The notes below the pieces were generated by a model that worked only from the letters and a program-made list of their open reading frames with translations, did no database searches and had not been told where the DNA came from. From a virus: a DNA stretch of 64,000 bases. The DNA lies in the IMG/VR virus record IMGVR_UViG_3300016725_000004, one strand, 5' to 3'. Shown here one piece after another: positions 28,070 to 37,602 of this stretch; positions within the stretch are counted from its first letter, which is position 1, and each line of letters starts with the position of its first letter. The position numbers were made by a program, and so were the translations under genes.

Positions 28070-28240
28070 TTAATCAATTACGTTCTGACACTTAAACTCA
28101 AAGCGCAATGCTGTTTTAAATGACTTCAATGTCTTCGACATGCCCATACGTTTTCTGGACTTTTTACATTTGCAATGTTTTTTGTCCATCTTGTCGTAGT
28201 TCACGTCACTAAGTTTGTGAATACCAACATAGGGTTTCAT
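28070..28240 (-). CDS. small basic protein (about 56 aa)
   Basis: MKPYVGIHKL...CKCKKSRKRMGMSK; AAGGAAAAAAC RBS; hairpin just upstream. Confidence 0.35.
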   Translation of the reverse strand: MKPYVGIHKLSDVNYDKMDKKHCKCKKSRKRMGMSKTLKSFKTALRFEFKCQNVID

Positions 28241-28439
28241 GTTTTTTCCTTGGTTGAGGTTTAACTCAACCAACTTCAAACTTGAGCATTTCGACCTCCT
28301 ATGTTTGAAGGTGTAGCACCCAATAAGTAATGAGTGCAGTAAATACAACATTGTGTGACAAACTATATATCACAACTGCCACAAGAGCAATTGATATTTT
28401 ATCTTTCATTTTATCCTCCAACTTAGAGGATTTGGTTAT

Positions 28440-28838
28440 TTACAAATCATCATCGTCATCATCGTCATCTTCAGTATAACCAAAAATGTCTTTTTCATAG
28501 TTGTGAATACCTTCTGAAGATTCTAAAATCTTCGGAGTAGGAAATTCAGGCATAGCATCACCAAGCGCAATGTCACAACAAATGACAGGGTTGACCTTCC
28601 AGCTATGCTGAATCAGCGCAGCTTTTACTTCACTGAGAGTAGCCGGAGTGAGGTCACAGGAATGAATATTGAATGTGCAGTTTTGTTCCGGACTATACAC
28701 TGTGGTTTCACCACTGCCATGCATTCTGATAACTTGAACGACACACTCTTTATCAAAAGCTTCTTCAACACTAGAAACGTAAGATACTTCGCCATTGGTA
28801 GAATCATCATACACTGTAACCAAGCTGCCAACTTTCAT
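28440..28838 (-). CDS. family E protein with poly-Asp C-terminal tail (132 aa)
   Basis: MKVGSLVTVYDD...EDDDDDDDDL; paralog of 36712-37212. Confidence 0.55.
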   Translation of the reverse strand: MKVGSLVTVYDDSTNGEVSYVSSVEEAFDKECVVQVIRMHGSGETTVYSPEQNCTFNIHSCDLTPATLSEVKAALIQHSWKVNPVICCDIALGDAMPEFPTPKILESSEGIHNYEKDIFGYTEDDDDDDDDL

Positions 28839-28864
28839 ATCTGACTCCTTGTATTTCTTATACG

Positions 28865-29200
28865 TTATATTTGATAACCAACTTTCGGAGGGCTATCATG
28901 TTTATATGCAATTCGCATCAAGTCTATAGTAGCCCAATTCAAAACTCTTTTCAACAAGTCAGCGTGTTCGGGAATGAATCCTTCATTTGCTGAGATAGTC
29001 TGAAAAATTTCAGCCACTTTCCAATGGTGGGCCAAACCATAATATAAGCAAACTTGCTTGTCTTCAATTGCAGGAAAATGCCGCGAACGAACAAGCATCA
29101 AGTATGAATGATCCGGACACACAGTAACAGAATAAGTGTGTCCTTGTGAAAGGTTAAGCTTATCAACAACTACACCCTGCTGATTGATTAGCACTTCCAT
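28865..29200 (-). CDS. family D small protein (111 aa)
   Basis: MEVLINQQGVVVDKLN... shares N-terminal pattern with 37226-37522 and 33821-34189 products. Confidence 0.5.
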   Translation of the reverse strand: MEVLINQQGVVVDKLNLSQGHTYSVTVCPDHSYLMLVRSRHFPAIEDKQVCLYYGLAHHWKVAEIFQTISANEGFIPEHADLLKRVLNWATIDLMRIAYKHDSPPKVGYQI

Positions 29201-29227
29201 TCAGAAATCCTTTTAATCACCAAAACT

Positions 29228-29256
29228 AGTATAACACTTTGGTGTGAGTTTGTCAA
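29228..29256 (-). promoter_or_regulatory. sigma70 promoter (TTGACA-N17-TGtTATACT extended -10)
   Basis: -35 at 29251-29256, -10 at 29228-29233. Confidence 0.5.
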
Positions 29257-29286
29257 GAACTAAATTGACTTGTTTTTGGCTTACTT

Positions 29287-29790
29287 TTAGTACCCCTGAA
29301 TAATCTTTTCGATTTTATGAAGCTTTCGTTTCAGTTCTTTAACTTCGGCTTCCTTAGCGGCAAGCTTGTGCCTGAGCTTGAGGAAGTCTTCACTGTCAAC
29401 TTCAAAGTACAACACTTCCGCAAGTTTCTTTTGCGTCAAAGTCCGAACGGGTTTAATATCAGTAATCATTGCAGTAAAACAACCAGATTGGTAAAAAGAT
29501 ACGTCAATCATCGGATCTGCCAAAGATCGGCAAGTAACTTTCCACCCATCAGGGTAAACATCATTCGGCCCGTGCCCTGTACCACCACCTTCTAAGTTTG
29601 CTTTATATACAACAAACTCACCAAGAAGGTGGCTGAAATTTTCTTCATCTATGGTTACTGCATGTTCAGTCAATTTACTACTGAATTTTCGGTTGGCATA
29701 AACTAGCCGCTCCTCAATCCAAGCATAAACTTCATATCCGGGTTTAAGTTCAATAATATCCCCAACTTTCAAATAATTTTTCTTAGACAT
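29287..29790 (-). CDS. hypothetical protein with C-terminal coiled coil (167 aa)
   Basis: start MSKKNYLKVGD with AAGGAGAAGG RBS. Confidence 0.5.
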   Translation of the reverse strand: MSKKNYLKVGDIIELKPGYEVYAWIEERLVYANRKFSSKLTEHAVTIDEENFSHLLGEFVVYKANLEGGGTGHGPNDVYPDGWKVTCRSLADPMIDVSFYQSGCFTAMITDIKPVRTLTQKKLAEVLYFEVDSEDFLKLRHKLAAKEAEVKELKRKLHKIEKIIQGY

Positions 29791-29800
29791 GACCTTCTCC

Positions 29801-29980
29801 TTAAAAGTTAGGTTCAACAATCGCTTTGCAAAAGGCGGTCACATCCTGCTGGTCTTCCTTGGAAAAGGAAGAGTCAGCCAACACTGTTGAAATAGCATCA
29901 TCAATGGATGATGTAGGATTGTTTGCCAAGTATTCAGTTACGTCCGTTGCCACAGCAAGAGCATCAATGTCGCGTATCAT
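29801..29980 (-). CDS. small acidic protein (59 aa, not in track)
   Basis: MIRDIDALAVATDVTEYLANNPTSSIDDAI...; AAGGAAA RBS. Confidence 0.4.
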   Translation of the reverse strand: MIRDIDALAVATDVTEYLANNPTSSIDDAISTVLADSSFSKEDQQDVTAFCKAIVEPNF

Positions 29981-29995
29981 AGTAGTTTCCTTATT

Positions 29996-30769
29996 TTACA
30001 TAGATTCAACAACTTTTTGCAGTTTTTCAACTGCATCAATAAAAGATTGTTTATCATTTTTTGACAATTTATTTCTTGTTTTGTGTATCTTACCTGAAAT
30101 TGACATTTTCAAATCTACAGTAAGAATATTTAATTTTTCTAAAAACTTAGCAATTGTAAGATTTTTACAGGCATTATCTTCACAGATTTTATCTGAATTT
30201 AATTCATTACACAGATCTGCATACATACGCTTTTGCATAATTTCATCTTTATCATTCCTAGCAATTTTCAACAAACGTTCCCGTGTCATTTCTGGTTTAT
30301 TTCTGGCATCATCAAGAATGTCTTGAGGAAGTTTATTAATCTTTAAAATTTCACTCACGGTACTCTTTGATTTGTGAAGTAATCTTGCAAGTGCATCATT
30401 AGAACATTGCTTTTGTTCTTTAAGAAACAAAAGTGATTCTGATAATTCAACTGCTGTTAAATCAGAACGCAAACAATTTTCAATTAAAGCCAAAGATAGT
30501 GCATAACCACCAATAAATGTAGCAGAAACAGTTACTCTCTTCAAGAGATTAAGGGCATGGACAAGACGTTCACCAGAAAGAAGAACGAGACGTTTATTAC
30601 AATAAGTAAAAACAATACTTTTATGTAAATCTTCATCTTTAATATTTTTAGCAAGTGCTATAACTTCATCCTCAGTGAAATATTCACTTGAATGTTTTTT
30701 GCTGGAAAGCAAATCTTTAATATTAAGTAAATATTCTTTACCATTCTCAAATTCAATTGTATTTTTCAT
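29996..30769 (-). CDS. ParB-like DNA-binding/nuclease-domain protein (257 aa)
   Basis: VLLSGERLVHAL and LIENCLRSDLTAVELSESL resemble ParB box (GERR..A / EN..R.DL...E). Confidence 0.45.
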   Translation of the reverse strand: MKNTIEFENGKEYLLNIKDLLSSKKHSSEYFTEDEVIALAKNIKDEDLHKSIVFTYCNKRLVLLSGERLVHALNLLKRVTVSATFIGGYALSLALIENCLRSDLTAVELSESLLFLKEQKQCSNDALARLLHKSKSTVSEILKINKLPQDILDDARNKPEMTRERLLKIARNDKDEIMQKRMYADLCNELNSDKICEDNACKNLTIAKFLEKLNILTVDLKMSISGKIHKTRNKLSKNDKQSFIDAVEKLQKVVESM

Positions 30770-30791
30770 GCGTCCTCCAATTATAAATGAT

Positions 30792-30814
30792 GGGAAGGTA
30801 ATAATTACCTTCCC
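30792..30814. terminator. stem-loop between 420-aa gene and ParB-like gene
   Basis: gggaaggtaat-a-attaccttccc palindrome; weak T-tract. Confidence 0.3.
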
Positions 30815-30829
30815 ATATATAGTGGTCAG

Positions 30830-32092
30830 TTAGTCGAGGCGACCACGAAGCTGACTGATAGCAGACAGGCAAGCATTCCGGTCAGCCTCATGCTGCATAT
30901 TGCAGCCAAACCCGAAAATCAAGTTCATGTCGTCAAACTTGGTTTGGGTAAGAAGGGCATACAGAGGCTTTTCTACCTCCGTAAGCTTTACGGGGGAGGT
31001 TGCACCTTCATGAGCAAGCAGAGCGGTTTCAACCGTATTCAGCACTTCCTTTATGTGCTCAGACTGCTGCTGATTTTTCATGTTGCCTTGGACGCCGAAA
31101 AACATGGCGGCAGCGTTGGGATCCTGCTGCAAAGTACGGCTGTGAAGCAGAGCCTTGAAGGTTGCTTCAAATTCAGGGTCAGGCATTTCCTGCGTCATGC
31201 AGTTGCCGCCGCATGCACAAGTATGCGGCTTGTCCACAGATATAGGTGAAGGAATGGCAGGAACATCTTCGGCAGCAGTTGCCATGCGAACATACTGCCC
31301 GAAGTTGACCAAGTGTTCGCAGTCAATAACTGCGACATCCTTGTAGGAACGGGCCAGCATGGCTTCTGTAAGCCGGGCGCGGGGCGTCTGCTTGACGATT
31401 ATGCCCACGCAGTATTGCGGCGCAGGAAGTTTGTCACCAAGCTGCTTCAACAAGCAGCAAACCGCGTTAATGTCCTGGCTGTTGAATGGGGCCAGCATGC
31501 GCGGCTCAATCAAAAGCGTGACTTCGCGCAAATTGACATTTTCGCCCTTCAAGGACTTGGCGGTGAAGTCGCCGGACTGAATGCGGGCGGTGAGTTCAGA
31601 AGTAATGGGAGATTCAACGATAAGAGTTTTGCATTCGATGGTTTTCATGGTTTTGCCTTTTGGTGGAGTTTTGGGTTTAAGTTCATCAGGAAGATGAACG
31701 CCTTCTGCTTCCAATTCTTCCTGAGCCTTGATAATGTTGGTCAAGATTTTTTCCAAGGTGGAAAAATCTTTCACTGCGTACCTGCGGGAAAACTTTTTGC
31801 GCATTTTGTTAGTAAGTTTTCCCACAGTGGCCCTTTCCAAAATAAAGCCCACTGAAAATTCAAGTTGATAGACCGGTGAAGAATCCTCAAGAAGAAAGGA
31901 ACCCGAAATGCCGGGTTCAGGAAAAAGCGGTGAAGAGCCAAAAATACTTTCACCGACCAGCAAGTTTACCGTGTGGGAATTTGGAAACAATTCAGTCAAT
32001 TTTTCAAGGGAAGTGTTTGCTTGAACTTGTTTCAAGTTGACCGGATTGCTATCCAAGGGATTGAGTACAAAGACGCGGCATGCAATTTTCAT
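30830..32092 (-). CDS. hypothetical protein (420 aa), GC about 50%
   Basis: long ORF with GC-rich codon usage unlike AT-rich regions. Confidence 0.55.
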   Translation of the reverse strand: MKIACRVFVLNPLDSNPVNLKQVQANTSLEKLTELFPNSHTVNLLVGESIFGSSPLFPEPGISGSFLLEDSSPVYQLEFSVGFILERATVGKLTNKMRKKFSRRYAVKDFSTLEKILTNIIKAQEELEAEGVHLPDELKPKTPPKGKTMKTIECKTLIVESPITSELTARIQSGDFTAKSLKGENVNLREVTLLIEPRMLAPFNSQDINAVCCLLKQLGDKLPAPQYCVGIIVKQTPRARLTEAMLARSYKDVAVIDCEHLVNFGQYVRMATAAEDVPAIPSPISVDKPHTCACGGNCMTQEMPDPEFEATFKALLHSRTLQQDPNAAAMFFGVQGNMKNQQQSEHIKEVLNTVETALLAHEGATSPVKLTEVEKPLYALLTQTKFDDMNLIFGFGCNMQHEADRNACLSAISQLRGRLD

Positions 32093-32102
32093 CAGTTTCT
32101 CC

Positions 32103-32423
32103 TTAAATATTTTTCCAATCTTGGTAATATTTTTTCATTTTAACATACGAATTTCGTATGATAGATATATTGAATTTCCAAAAGATAATAGTAAGAATAA
32201 GAGAAAGAGCAGCAGAGATTCTGAGAATGTAAATATACATAATTGGAATGGTAAGTATTTTCATATGTGAATTTAAATTGCTATACAAATGAGCCATGAT
32301 AGCAGGTGCAAGCCAAGGGACGAAAGACAAAATGAAAAAGACAGTATAACACACAAGCAGTCCAAGTTCGCAGTAAAAATACTCAAAACGAATTTTCTTC
32401 ATCTCATGGTCATATGCGTTCAT
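32103..32423 (-). CDS. small membrane protein (start at internal Met)
   Basis: MNAYDHEMKK... with GGGGGAATT RBS, downstream of promoter; upstream part of track ORF overlaps promoter. Confidence 0.4.
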   Translation of the reverse strand: MNAYDHEMKKIRFEYFYCELGLLVCYTVFFILSFVPWLAPAIMAHLYSNLNSHMKILTIPIMYIYILRISAALSLILTIIFWKFNISIIRNSYVKMKKYYQDWKNI

Positions 32424-32449
32424 AATTCCCCCTTTCAAAGCATGGTATA

Positions 32450-32478
32450 TTATACCATGCTTTGAAAAGAAAGTCAAT
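32450..32478 (-). promoter_or_regulatory. consensus sigma70 promoter within 35-bp palindrome
   Basis: TTGACT-N17-TgGTATAAT; palindrome tttcaaagcatggtatattataccatgctttgaaa (32434-32468). Confidence 0.55.
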
Positions 32479-32490
32479 GGGTCAAAACAA

Positions 32491-33024
32491 CTAAATTTTG
32501 TCAAATTTGACTTCAACGAGAATGGCTCGAAGAAAATCATCACTGCCATCAGTTATTTGTGTAAGTCTAACCTTCCTACCATTAAGTTCAACAATGGGAT
32601 GATTACCTGCCCCACCACTCCACGGATGCTTACCACATATCTTTACAAAGTATTTGTTCAAAAGTGAAACACAACGAGCAAACTGCAAATGCTTTTTTGC
32701 AAACTTTTCAAACTTGTGATAGCGAGAAACCTTCTCCGCATTTGTTTCGTAATGCAAATCCTGAAACTGAAAACAAATGGTAGCTTCACCCCTGCTGGGA
32801 GCAAATTCACAAAGTGTAGTTTTGACTTTGACATTTTCCGAAGATGTCACATCCTTCAAAAGATGAAACATTGCGCCAGAGATAATCTCCGAAATGGAGT
32901 TGGAATAAGTAACAAGGTCTTCAAGCTGTTTCACACGCTGTTCTGCCCGAAGCCGAATGTTAGCAGAGCGGCGTTCGATACCTAATTCCTTAACCACAAC
33001 TTTTTTCAATGTATTAGCTTTCAT
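32491..33024 (-). CDS. hypothetical protein (177 aa)
   Basis: AAAGGGGTAATTT RBS; follows promoter. Confidence 0.5.
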   Translation of the reverse strand: MKANTLKKVVVKELGIERRSANIRLRAEQRVKQLEDLVTYSNSISEIISGAMFHLLKDVTSSENVKVKTTLCEFAPSRGEATICFQFQDLHYETNAEKVSRYHKFEKFAKKHLQFARCVSLLNKYFVKICGKHPWSGGAGNHPIVELNGRKVRLTQITDGSDDFLRAILVEVKFDKI

Positions 33025-33052
33025 AAATTACCCCTTTTTCAAAGTATGGTAT

Positions 33053-33081
33053 ATTATACCATACTTTGAAAAGAATGTCAA
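33053..33081 (-). promoter_or_regulatory. consensus sigma70 promoter within 35-bp palindrome
   Basis: TTGACA-N17-TgGTATAAT; palindrome tttcaaagtatggtatattataccatactttgaaa (33037-33071). Confidence 0.55.
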
Positions 33082-33093
33082 GAGGCTGAAAAA

Positions 33094-33306
33094 CTACGAA
33101 ATAAGCGGTTCAGCGGCGATTTCAAAAAGGTAGGTTCCTTCTTTGTCAAGTTGAAACGTACCATTTTGCTTGTTCACCCAAAGTTTGGGAAAACGGGTGC
33201 GTAGCTCTTTTTCAGCCGCAGCTTTACTTGCGGCCACAAAGAGAAATTCAGCTACGCCAAATGGTTTGAACTTGGTCACAACAAAAACTTCTTTGTTAGT
33301 GTTCAT
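33094..33306 (-). CDS. hypothetical protein (70 aa)
   Basis: minus-strand ORF. Confidence 0.4.
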   Translation of the reverse strand: MNTNKEVFVVTKFKPFGVAEFLFVAASKAAAEKELRTRFPKLWVNKQNGTFQLDKEGTYLFEIAAEPLIS

Positions 33307-33808
33307 GCTTATCCTCCAAAATGTTTAAGGTGAAATTAGGTTGTTTATCTCTCGCAGGTGTACGAGAGATAGAAACAGTTATAGCCACATCATGTAAAAC
33401 CGTATCATCTTTTGTCATATCCAAAAGATAAGTATTCAATTCATTGAATATTGTTTTAGAGAATGTTCCAAACATATTCACATCACCAGATTCAGTAATA
33501 ATCGAACCTAAGGGTGGCATGATAATCTCATGCCGCTTTTTGTTACATTGCTTCATTATCCAACGCAATGGCCCAATTAGCCATTTTTTATTAATTTCAG
33601 TATCTGAAGGATTTATTGTAAAAGAACACAAATCAAAAATTGCAGAAGGGGAAAGATTTCCTATCTTTCCAGCAAAAGGTATGCCTTCAACATATCCATT
33701 GAAAAGCTCTTCAATCATAAGGTAATTGTCATTAAGCGTGAAACGACAAAAACCTCCATATGTCATGACATGAGAAATAACACCCTGAGGGTTGATTGCA
33801 AATTTCAT
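33296..33808 (-). CDS. hypothetical protein (170 aa), distant family D-like N-terminus
   Basis: MKFAINPQGVISHV... Confidence 0.5.
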   Translation of the reverse strand: MKFAINPQGVISHVMTYGGFCRFTLNDNYLMIEELFNGYVEGIPFAGKIGNLSPSAIFDLCSFTINPSDTEINKKWLIGPLRWIMKQCNKKRHEIIMPPLGSIITESGDVNMFGTFSKTIFNELNTYLLDMTKDDTVLHDVAITVSISRTPARDKQPNFTLNILEDKHEH

Positions 33809-33820
33809 TTTAATCTCCTT

Positions 33821-34189
33821 TTAATCGCGTTTAGAAAAATCTTTCCCAAATTCAGGTGTACGAATTACAACATTATTCAATTGCTGTTCTATAATCCACA
33901 AAACACAATTCAGCAAAGCTTCATTAATTATAGTACGAATCTTTTTGCTGGTTGTATTTTGAGGAATAAGAACAGATTGCTCTTTCAATTTAGAATATGC
34001 ATCTAATAGACCTCCTACTTCATATGAGTTAACTCCTATATCCATAGTGAATATATCATGGCATTCACCACGAATAAATGAGGATATTTCAATAATATTT
34101 TCATGTACTGTTACTTTAAATTTCGGTGCATGATATCCTATCTTATGAGGATTAACTACCACACCTTTAGCAGTAAGGAGAAAGTGCAT
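33821..34189 (-). CDS. family D small protein (122 aa)
   Basis: MHFLLTAKGVVVNPHKIG... Confidence 0.5.
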   Translation of the reverse strand: MHFLLTAKGVVVNPHKIGYHAPKFKVTVHENIIEISSFIRGECHDIFTMDIGVNSYEVGGLLDAYSKLKEQSVLIPQNTTSKKIRTIINEALLNCVLWIIEQQLNNVVIRTPEFGKDFSKRD

Positions 34190-34200
34190 TTTAATTCTCC

Positions 34201-34614
34201 TTATACGAGTTTCACATTAAGGAATTTTTGTATTTCTTCTGGAGTTTGTTCAAAAATATCGTTAATACCTTTTTTCAATGAAACATAAGTTGATTGACGT
34301 AGTTGCTCAAATGCAGGAGCATACTGCAAAGTAAGTAATTTAAGTTCATCATCTGAAACTAATTTATACTTATGACATTCAATTGAATACAAAATATAAT
34401 CTGCAATCCCAAAGTTACCTGAAACAAGAACTCCCCAGATATCATCAAATCTGTACATATGAATGGTAGCATCATTAGAAATGCGCTTCATTTTTATGTA
34501 GGGTGTATCTTTTTCAAGTTCAATTTCACAAAGCCAAGGTAAGGCTGTCATTTCACAAGCGCGTAAAATATCACTAAAAGATGAAATTCCTAATTGCAGA
34601 TTTGGTAAAAACAT
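34201..34614 (-). CDS. hypothetical protein (137 aa)
   Basis: minus-strand ORF. Confidence 0.5.
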   Translation of the reverse strand: MFLPNLQLGISSFSDILRACEMTALPWLCEIELEKDTPYIKMKRISNDATIHMYRFDDIWGVLVSGNFGIADYILYSIECHKYKLVSDDELKLLTLQYAPAFEQLRQSTYVSLKKGINDIFEQTPEEIQKFLNVKLV

Positions 34615-34626
34615 ATACCCTCCTTT

Positions 34627-35070
34627 CTATTTGTAAATGTTAAGCATTAACGATAACAAAAAAGAATCAGGACGCACATTATGTGCATGAATGTAATGTG
34701 TATATCCATCAGGAATAACAAAAGTGTACCCTTTATATTCAGCTTTTATTTCACTACTTCCGTTAAGTTTGCCACAAATACGGCAAATAGAAGAACCCTT
34801 ATAAAAGGATCTGCTACCGGAACAGAGAAGCTTTGAAAATTTCTTTGTAAAAAGCTTCATCTGTTCTTCGGTAAGATTATTGGAATCTTCAACGGGTTTA
34901 TTGAATTTAAACCAATAACCTATTGCAACATTACCACGTTCCGTAATATGTGCAGTCTTCAAAGTATTGCGAATGGATATTCTAAGTTTTTTATGTTCAG
35001 GAAGATTAACTTCTTTCAAAGCTACATATGCATTTTCAAGAAGTTGGTAAGCATCAATATCTATAAACAT
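34627..35070 (-). CDS. hypothetical protein (147 aa)
   Basis: minus-strand ORF. Confidence 0.5.
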   Translation of the reverse strand: MFIDIDAYQLLENAYVALKEVNLPEHKKLRISIRNTLKTAHITERGNVAIGYWFKFNKPVEDSNNLTEEQMKLFTKKFSKLLCSGSRSFYKGSSICRICGKLNGSSEIKAEYKGYTFVIPDGYTHYIHAHNVRPDSFLLSLMLNIYK

Positions 35071-35441
35071 TATGCACCTCCTTTAGCAGCAGCACACATT
35101 TTAGTATAAGTATATATTCTATCACGCTCACCATATTCGAGCATTTGAATCGAATACGGAGCACGTTCTTTCAACTTGGGAGTGAAACGAGATCGTTTCA
35201 AAACACGGCAAATAATACCGGGATAAAATCCCATTACCGGATGGAGCACTAAACACACATTCCCTGCCTTTGGGGGAATCACAGGAAGACCAGCCGCACC
35301 CATAACAACCACGTTGGTAAAGCGGAAGAAGCAATCTTCTGTATGCATCAAAATTGCTTCGGGAGTATCAAGCGCATGGTTAAGGTATGTTTCAGGAATT
35401 TCTTCGACAATTGCCACCGCAGTGCATTCATATATTTCCAT
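35070..35441 (-). CDS. hypothetical protein (123 aa)
   Basis: minus-strand ORF. Confidence 0.5.
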   Translation of the reverse strand: MEIYECTAVAIVEEIPETYLNHALDTPEAILMHTEDCFFRFTNVVVMGAAGLPVIPPKAGNVCLVLHPVMGFYPGIICRVLKRSRFTPKLKERAPYSIQMLEYGERDRIYTYTKMCAAAKGGA

Positions 35442-35488
35442 AACTACTCCTTTCCTACCCAGTAGGTAGGAATTACATTCTGTTCTCC

Positions 35489-35728
35489 TTATTTTGAATA
35501 AATTTTACGGTTATTTGGTGTATTGATAACATACATAGATTCATGTGCCCGCAAAATAACACCACGCCGAGCCAAGCGGTTGAGAATCTTTACAACAAGA
35601 GGGCGGTCTTTTTCTTCATATTCTTCAAGATGAACATGCCAAAAATCGCCCAAGTTTTGGGAAAGAGATTTCCGAAGGCCGGTAAAAATCTCTTTGGAAG
35701 TAAGGCTGCGCTTTTGTTCAGTAGACAT
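35489..35728 (-). CDS. small basic protein, possible winged-helix (79 aa)
   Basis: start MSTEQKRSL with AAAAGGGGAGAA RBS; VVKILNRLARRGVILRAHE. Confidence 0.4.
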   Translation of the reverse strand: MSTEQKRSLTSKEIFTGLRKSLSQNLGDFWHVHLEEYEEKDRPLVVKILNRLARRGVILRAHESMYVINTPNNRKIYSK

Positions 35729-35742
35729 AATGTTCTCCCCTT

Positions 35743-36132
35743 TTATTTGTTTACAAAATACAAAACGAGGAAGACGATTTGAAACGCTGCCAGTCCAAAA
35801 TAAAAGTATGCATCCCACATATAGTCAGCAGAACGTCTGCGAGAATTTTCTATAACTTCATCTAATGCTTTTATATGTTTCTCTTGGATGCTAGTCAACT
35901 TGTCACAGTTTTCAATCACTCGCGGGAGTTTTCTCTGCTTTACCAAATTATCCAAATATTGAAGTCTTTCCAAAACTTTTTCCCGTTCTTCTTTCTCGAA
36001 GAAATGAAATTGAATATCAAGAATGGCCCGTTGGCGGTCGGTAGCAGAGGTATTCAACCATGCAATAAAACCAAGTTGATCTTCCTCTGACATGTTAAAC
36101 ATATCCATCCATTTTGTATTTTCGTACATCAT
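35743..36132 (-). CDS. hypothetical protein with C-terminal TM helix (129 aa)
   Basis: minus-strand ORF. Confidence 0.45.
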   Translation of the reverse strand: MMYENTKWMDMFNMSEEDQLGFIAWLNTSATDRQRAILDIQFHFFEKEEREKVLERLQYLDNLVKQRKLPRVIENCDKLTSIQEKHIKALDEVIENSRRRSADYMWDAYFYFGLAAFQIVFLVLYFVNK

Positions 36133-36316
36133 ACACCTCGAAGTTAGAAAGAGTGCAAAGCTTCTCGCAATGCCCGTTTAATCGGTTGGCCCAATTCATC
36201 CACCAGCAACAGTAAATGTTTTGAATTTTCAACTTTTGGGTTAAAAGAAAAAGTTATAAAATTTTGTGAAATTTCAATATAATCAACTTCCATTTCTTTC
36301 TCTGTATTTTCCACAG

Positions 36317-36586
36317 TTAGTCTCCTTTGATATTTTCAGAAATAAGTAAAAAGTTCAACATACATATAACCTGATGTTGATACTCCCTAGGAAGATTGTA
36401 AAATTGTTCATCTAATATTTGAATTTGGCTAGATGAAAGTTTTCGTAACCACTTCAAAAATTTATTATGATGAAGTATATTCATTTCAATATAATCCATC
36501 CAGTTAAAATTACCAATATGGGTGGATTTATCATAAAAGTTTCCAGTGAAAAGCAAATAGTTAACTTTATCAATTGCACTTTTCAT
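36317..36586 (-). CDS. hypothetical protein (89 aa)
   Basis: minus-strand ORF. Confidence 0.4.
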   Translation of the reverse strand: MKSAIDKVNYLLFTGNFYDKSTHIGNFNWMDYIEMNILHHNKFLKWLRKLSSSQIQILDEQFYNLPREYQHQVICMLNFLLISENIKGD

Positions 36587-36711
36587 ATTTACTCCTAAAT
36601 TAATAATTTACTTTCATTAAGAATTTTTATTTCTCCCCTACCAGTATCACGGTTAAATTCTTCTGACAAAGCTGTCAGTTGTTTGATTTGTGCCTCTGTC
36701 ATATATCCTCC

Positions 36712-37212
36712 TTATTTGCAAAGGTAACAAATACCAATAAAGATAAGTGCAACTACAGTGAATGAACCAAGCAAAACTCCAAGAAACTTGGCGATACTTA
36801 CATTAGGAGTATTATCCTCATCTTCATCATCCTCGTCATCATCGTCATCTTCACTGATAGGACGAATTTGAAGGTTAATTTGTTTGCGTTCCTCCGAAGA
36901 AAGTAAAACGGCTTGAGGTATAACCGGAAGTTCATCGGTTCCTTTAAGTTCAAATGAAATAACGGGTTCAATATACCACTTGTATTTCTCCAAACTCTCT
37001 TGAACTTCATCAAGTGAACAAAGTTCAAGTTCGCCAGCATACACGTTAAAAGCGGTATTAAGATGAGGGCAAAAGACAGTTATCTCATTTCCACGAATGG
37101 CGATAACTTGCAAAATATAATCTCCCTCGAACGCAGTAATGACGTGAGGCACATACATTTCATAGCCTTCGTCATCAATATCAGATATAGTAACCAAGCT
37201 ACCAAGTTTCAT
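36712..37212 (-). CDS. family E protein with poly-Asp tract and C-terminal TM anchor (166 aa)
   Basis: MKLGSLVTISDIDD...EDDDDDEDDEDEDN...FTVVALIFIGICYLCK. Confidence 0.55.
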   Translation of the reverse strand: MKLGSLVTISDIDDEGYEMYVPHVITAFEGDYILQVIAIRGNEITVFCPHLNTAFNVYAGELELCSLDEVQESLEKYKWYIEPVISFELKGTDELPVIPQAVLLSSEERKQINLQIRPISEDDDDDEDDEDEDNTPNVSIAKFLGVLLGSFTVVALIFIGICYLCK

Positions 37213-37225
37213 AACAACTCCCTAC

Positions 37226-37522
37226 TTAATATTTGTCCATGAATTTTATTATGGTGGTAAACAACTTAATTTCTTTTGGAGTCATACCCTCCAAAGCATC
37301 CTTATTATTTACCTCCTCAAGAATTTTCTCTAATGAGGTTGTGCGAAAATTTCCTGTCCAAAGAACAGCAGGTTCTTCAATATCAGGACGAAGAACCCTC
37401 GGATGAAAATAATTACGAGTAATCGTAAGTATCTCTCCCTCAACTTCAACTTCAAACGTAATGCCAACATATTTATTGACCTGGTCTACCACAGCACCAG
37501 CATGATTTACGAAAAATTTCAT
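37226..37522 (-). CDS. family D small protein (98 aa)
   Basis: MKFFVNHAGAVVDQVNKYVG... Confidence 0.5.
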   Translation of the reverse strand: MKFFVNHAGAVVDQVNKYVGITFEVEVEGEILTITRNYFHPRVLRPDIEEPAVLWTGNFRTTSLEKILEEVNNKDALEGMTPKEIKLFTTIIKFMDKY

Positions 37523-37573
37523 CTACCCTTCTCCTTTTCAATGGCGATAGCTGCCAGTTTTCGGCTATGGTAT

Positions 37574-37602
37574 ATTATACCATAAATAGCCGTTGGTGTC
37601 AA
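37574..37602 (-). promoter_or_regulatory. consensus sigma70 promoter (TTGACA-N17-TgGTATAAT)
   Basis: -35 at 37597-37602, -10 at 37574-37579; core palindrome ctatggtatattataccatag. Confidence 0.55.
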
